Positions 62,072 to 64,000 of a DNA stretch of 64,000 nucleotides are shown one piece after another; positions within the stretch are counted from its first letter, which is position 1; each line of letters starts with the position of its first letter. The DNA comes from a bacterium (GTDB lineage Bacteria > Patescibacteriota > CPR2 > UBA1875 > CAIMLA01). The stretch is taken from contig JBAXUE010000004.1 in assembly GCA_037129835.1 (NCBI GenBank), positions 25,638-89,637 on the forward strand, written 5' to 3'. The translations under genes were made by a program, and so were the position numbers. Below the pieces are notes generated by a model, which saw nothing but the letters and a program-made list of their open reading frames with translations, ran no database searches and was not told the origin of the DNA.

Positions 62072-62511
62072 GAAAGCTTGGTCCTAACAATTTCAGAAAG
62101 CTCTTTTCCGTCTACTGTACCTGCTGATAACTCCATAATAGACTTAATTACACCACCCATATCCTTTATTGACGAAGCTTGTAAATCTTCAATGGTTTTA
62201 TCAACAAGAGCTGTCAACTCTTCTGTTGGCATCTTTTTAGGTAAATACTGTTCTATTATAGATACTTCGCTTAACTCTTTTTCGGCAAGCTCTGTCCTAC
62301 CACCGTTTTCAAATAAATTCGCTGCCTCTTTTCGTTGTTTCGATTGTTTTTCTAATACCAAAAAAGTCTCCGTATCCGTCAAAGTATGACCTAGAGCGAT
62401 TTCTTGATTTTTTAAAGCACTTTTGAGCATTCTAAGGACGGATAGCCGGTCCACTTCTTGGCTTTTCATTGCCAACACGAGATCTGCATTTAATTGTTCC
62501 CAGACGGTCAT
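62068..62511 (-). CDS. GatB/YqeY domain protein
   Basis: 147 aa, YqeY family. Confidence 0.65.
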   Translation of the reverse strand: MTVWEQLNADLVLAMKSQEVDRLSVLRMLKSALKNQEIALGHTLTDTETFLVLEKQSKQRKEAANLFENGGRTELAEKELSEVSIIEQYLPKKMPTEELTALVDKTIEDLQASSIKDMGGVIKSIMELSAGTVDGKELSEIVRTKLS

Positions 62512-62512
62512 C

Positions 62513-62725
62513 TTAGTAGCCTTTCAATAATAGGTTTCTTGATTTAGTGTCTTTACGCGCCTGTTTTTTTATTGCAATTTCGCGTGCTTCTCTTTTTGAT
62601 AAATCTTTTTCAAAATGTTGTTTTTTCCTAGCCAATGGTAAGTTACCGCTCTGTTGAACCTTTCGGTTAAAGCGGCGTAGTAGGCTATCAAAATTTTCAT
62701 GATCTTTTCTTGTTACTGCTTGCAG
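62513..62725 (-). CDS. rpsU: Ribosomal protein S21 (start codon unresolved)
   Basis: Translating comp(62513..62731) gives ...VTRKDHENFDSLLRRFNRKVQQSGNLPLARKKQHFEKDLSKREAREIAIKKQARKDTKSRNLLLKGY, S21-like. The frame opens after a TGA and has no ATG/GTG/TTG; CTG at 62723-62725 is the only near-cognate start. The stop is 1 nt before the yqeY ATG. Confidence 0.5.
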   Translation of the reverse strand: MQAVTRKDHENFDSLLRRFNRKVQQSGNLPLARKKQHFEKDLSKREAREIAIKKQARKDTKSRNLLLKGY

Positions 62726-62887
62726 TGTAAGTCACCTCCCTTGCCGTTCAAAGTCCCGTAACAATGAATGGTTAGATTCTTGTGAAAATGTATATTTTAC
62801 CATTTCAACAGGCAAATTGTACCATAATAAAGACACGTAGTAAACTGTCTCATAGGTTTATTTTTACCGATAGCAAGTGTACTATAA

Positions 62888-64000
62888 TTAATTTACAAGG
62901 ACTGCTTCGTATTTTGATTTTTCTACAGAATAGAACCCCTGTTCAGCATCTGACATTTGTGGAACCGTAATTGTAATCTTTTCATTATTTCTTAGTACTA
63001 TAAGATTGAGGGCAACGCCAGATTCTAATATTGAACCACTAGAAACTTTAGACGATGGTACAAAAGCCGCTAAATCAATATCATTTGCTCGCGTAATTAT
63101 ATCTCCAGACCTTAACCCAGCTTTTTCAGCTAATGACGTGGGGTATATTTCACCAACGATATAACCTTGATTGTATGAATATTTTGACACCATCCCAGCC
63201 GAATTAAATTGTAGCATTTGTTCAATAGAAATAACTCCTGTTTCTTGTTCAAACATTTTTTCTACATCAATGGAGATATTAACATTTGTACCCTGATCAT
63301 CATAAAACAAAAATAAATATTTACTGTTTGAAGAGAATCCCAATGACTTTGGAGTAAGCGTCTTGGATGAATAGCTTTCGTTCTGTAAATCCTGGCCTCT
63401 AAAACGTTTTGAATCGCTAGTTTGAGTGTCATAGACTATTAGCTCGCTCAGTGAATAATCAGAAACATAGTATGCAACATATCTTCCATCCTTTGATACG
63501 CCGGCCAGTTGTTGCCCATAACTTGTGGCACTAGGCATATTCACCACTTCCTTAGTTATTAAATTAATTAGTTCAAAGCCGTCTGAATCTTTATTCAACA
63601 GTACCTGGCCTTTATTAGTTATTCCATAAGGAGGTAAATTGTCGTATGAAAAAGAATCACTTGAGCCATCAGAAATTTTATCGATTGGCTTTTTGCCCTT
63701 ATATAACTGTATTCCCTTGCTAGTAAGTAGATATATATTATCTGCATCTGACTGAACAATATAACTATTGTTACTTGAGTAAGAATCTTGTGAATCCTGT
63801 TTAATGGCGAAGAAACTAAGTTTTCCTGTTGCTAAATTAACTGAATTTAGATTATTTGGGAGAGCGGATGATCTAAAGTAATTAAAAACACCTGAAGTAT
63901 TTTTCTTAGTCCTTGAAGTAACAAATTCCAAACTTTCACCATTCTTATTGAAAGCCAACGAAATAATACCCGTATCTTCGCCTGTTTCGATATAAGAAAT
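62888..64000 (-). CDS. Hypothetical beta-propeller-like protein with a C-terminal PDZ domain; N-terminus beyond the window
   Basis: The frame stays open through 64000. The C-terminus has GYIVGEIYPTSLAEKAGLRSGDIITRANDIDL, a PDZ motif. Confidence 0.4.
   Translation of the reverse strand: MSYIETGEDTGIISLAFNKNGESLEFVTSRTKKNTSGVFNYFRSSALPNNLNSVNLATGKLSFFAIKQDSQDSYSSNNSYIVQSDADNIYLLTSKGIQLYKGKKPIDKISDGSSDSFSYDNLPPYGITNKGQVLLNKDSDGFELINLITKEVVNMPSATSYGQQLAGVSKDGRYVAYYVSDYSLSELIVYDTQTSDSKRFRGQDLQNESYSSKTLTPKSLGFSSNSKYLFLFYDDQGTNVNISIDVEKMFEQETGVISIEQMLQFNSAGMVSKYSYNQGYIVGEIYPTSLAEKAGLRSGDIITRANDIDLAAFVPSSKVSSGSILESGVALNLIVLRNNEKITITVPQMSDAEQGFYSVEKSKYEAVLVN

Overview
The window is about 64 kb of low-GC (roughly mid-30s %), gene-dense bacterial chromosome, with most genes on the minus strand and many short, overlapping or translationally coupled gene boundaries. 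It reads correctly with the standard code 11; no UGA recoding is needed. Content is overwhelmingly housekeeping. A Gtr-like lipid-linked glycosylation cluster (GT2, a GtrA flippase and tandem GT-C paralogs) lies at positions 335-6258. Replication genes dnaB and dnaX follow, then tgt, pgsA and the rplJ-rplL pair. A folate/dTMP block contains gmk, glyA, folD and a dCMP-deaminase/Nudix fusion. The cell-shape operon mreB-mreC-mreD-PBP2 is present, with rodA elsewhere. A rearranged rpsB-tsf-frr-uppS-isoprenyl synthase-rseP-proS cluster lacks pyrH and cdsA. Also present are rpmE, prfA, htrA, an LCP-family protein, lepB, parAB, rplU, ileS, a ClpB-like AAA+ protein, rlmD, glmS, ftsA-ftsZ and map-adk-ybeY-yqeY-rpsU. 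A class III ribonucleotide reductase operon (nrdR-nrdD-nrdG) is the most unusual part. Its glycyl-radical domain is encoded as a separate 53-aa ORF with its own Shine-Dalgarno sequence, between a truncated nrdD and nrdG. A T-box-like leader sits upstream of a hypothetical-protein/ileS operon. It has a consensus sigma70 promoter, an AGGaUGGUACCG motif, an antiterminator-type 7-nt-bulge helix and a U-tract. A membrane-anchored ClpB-like protein has a degenerate first ATPase domain. No rRNA, tRNA, CRISPR array or mobile element was recognised. Short, reduced proteins (EF-Ts of 196 aa, ProRS of 420 aa), the missing pyrH and cdsA, and extended ribosomal proteins suggest a reduced-genome anaerobe, possibly of the Patescibacteria/CPR type. 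I cannot establish the taxon from sequence alone.
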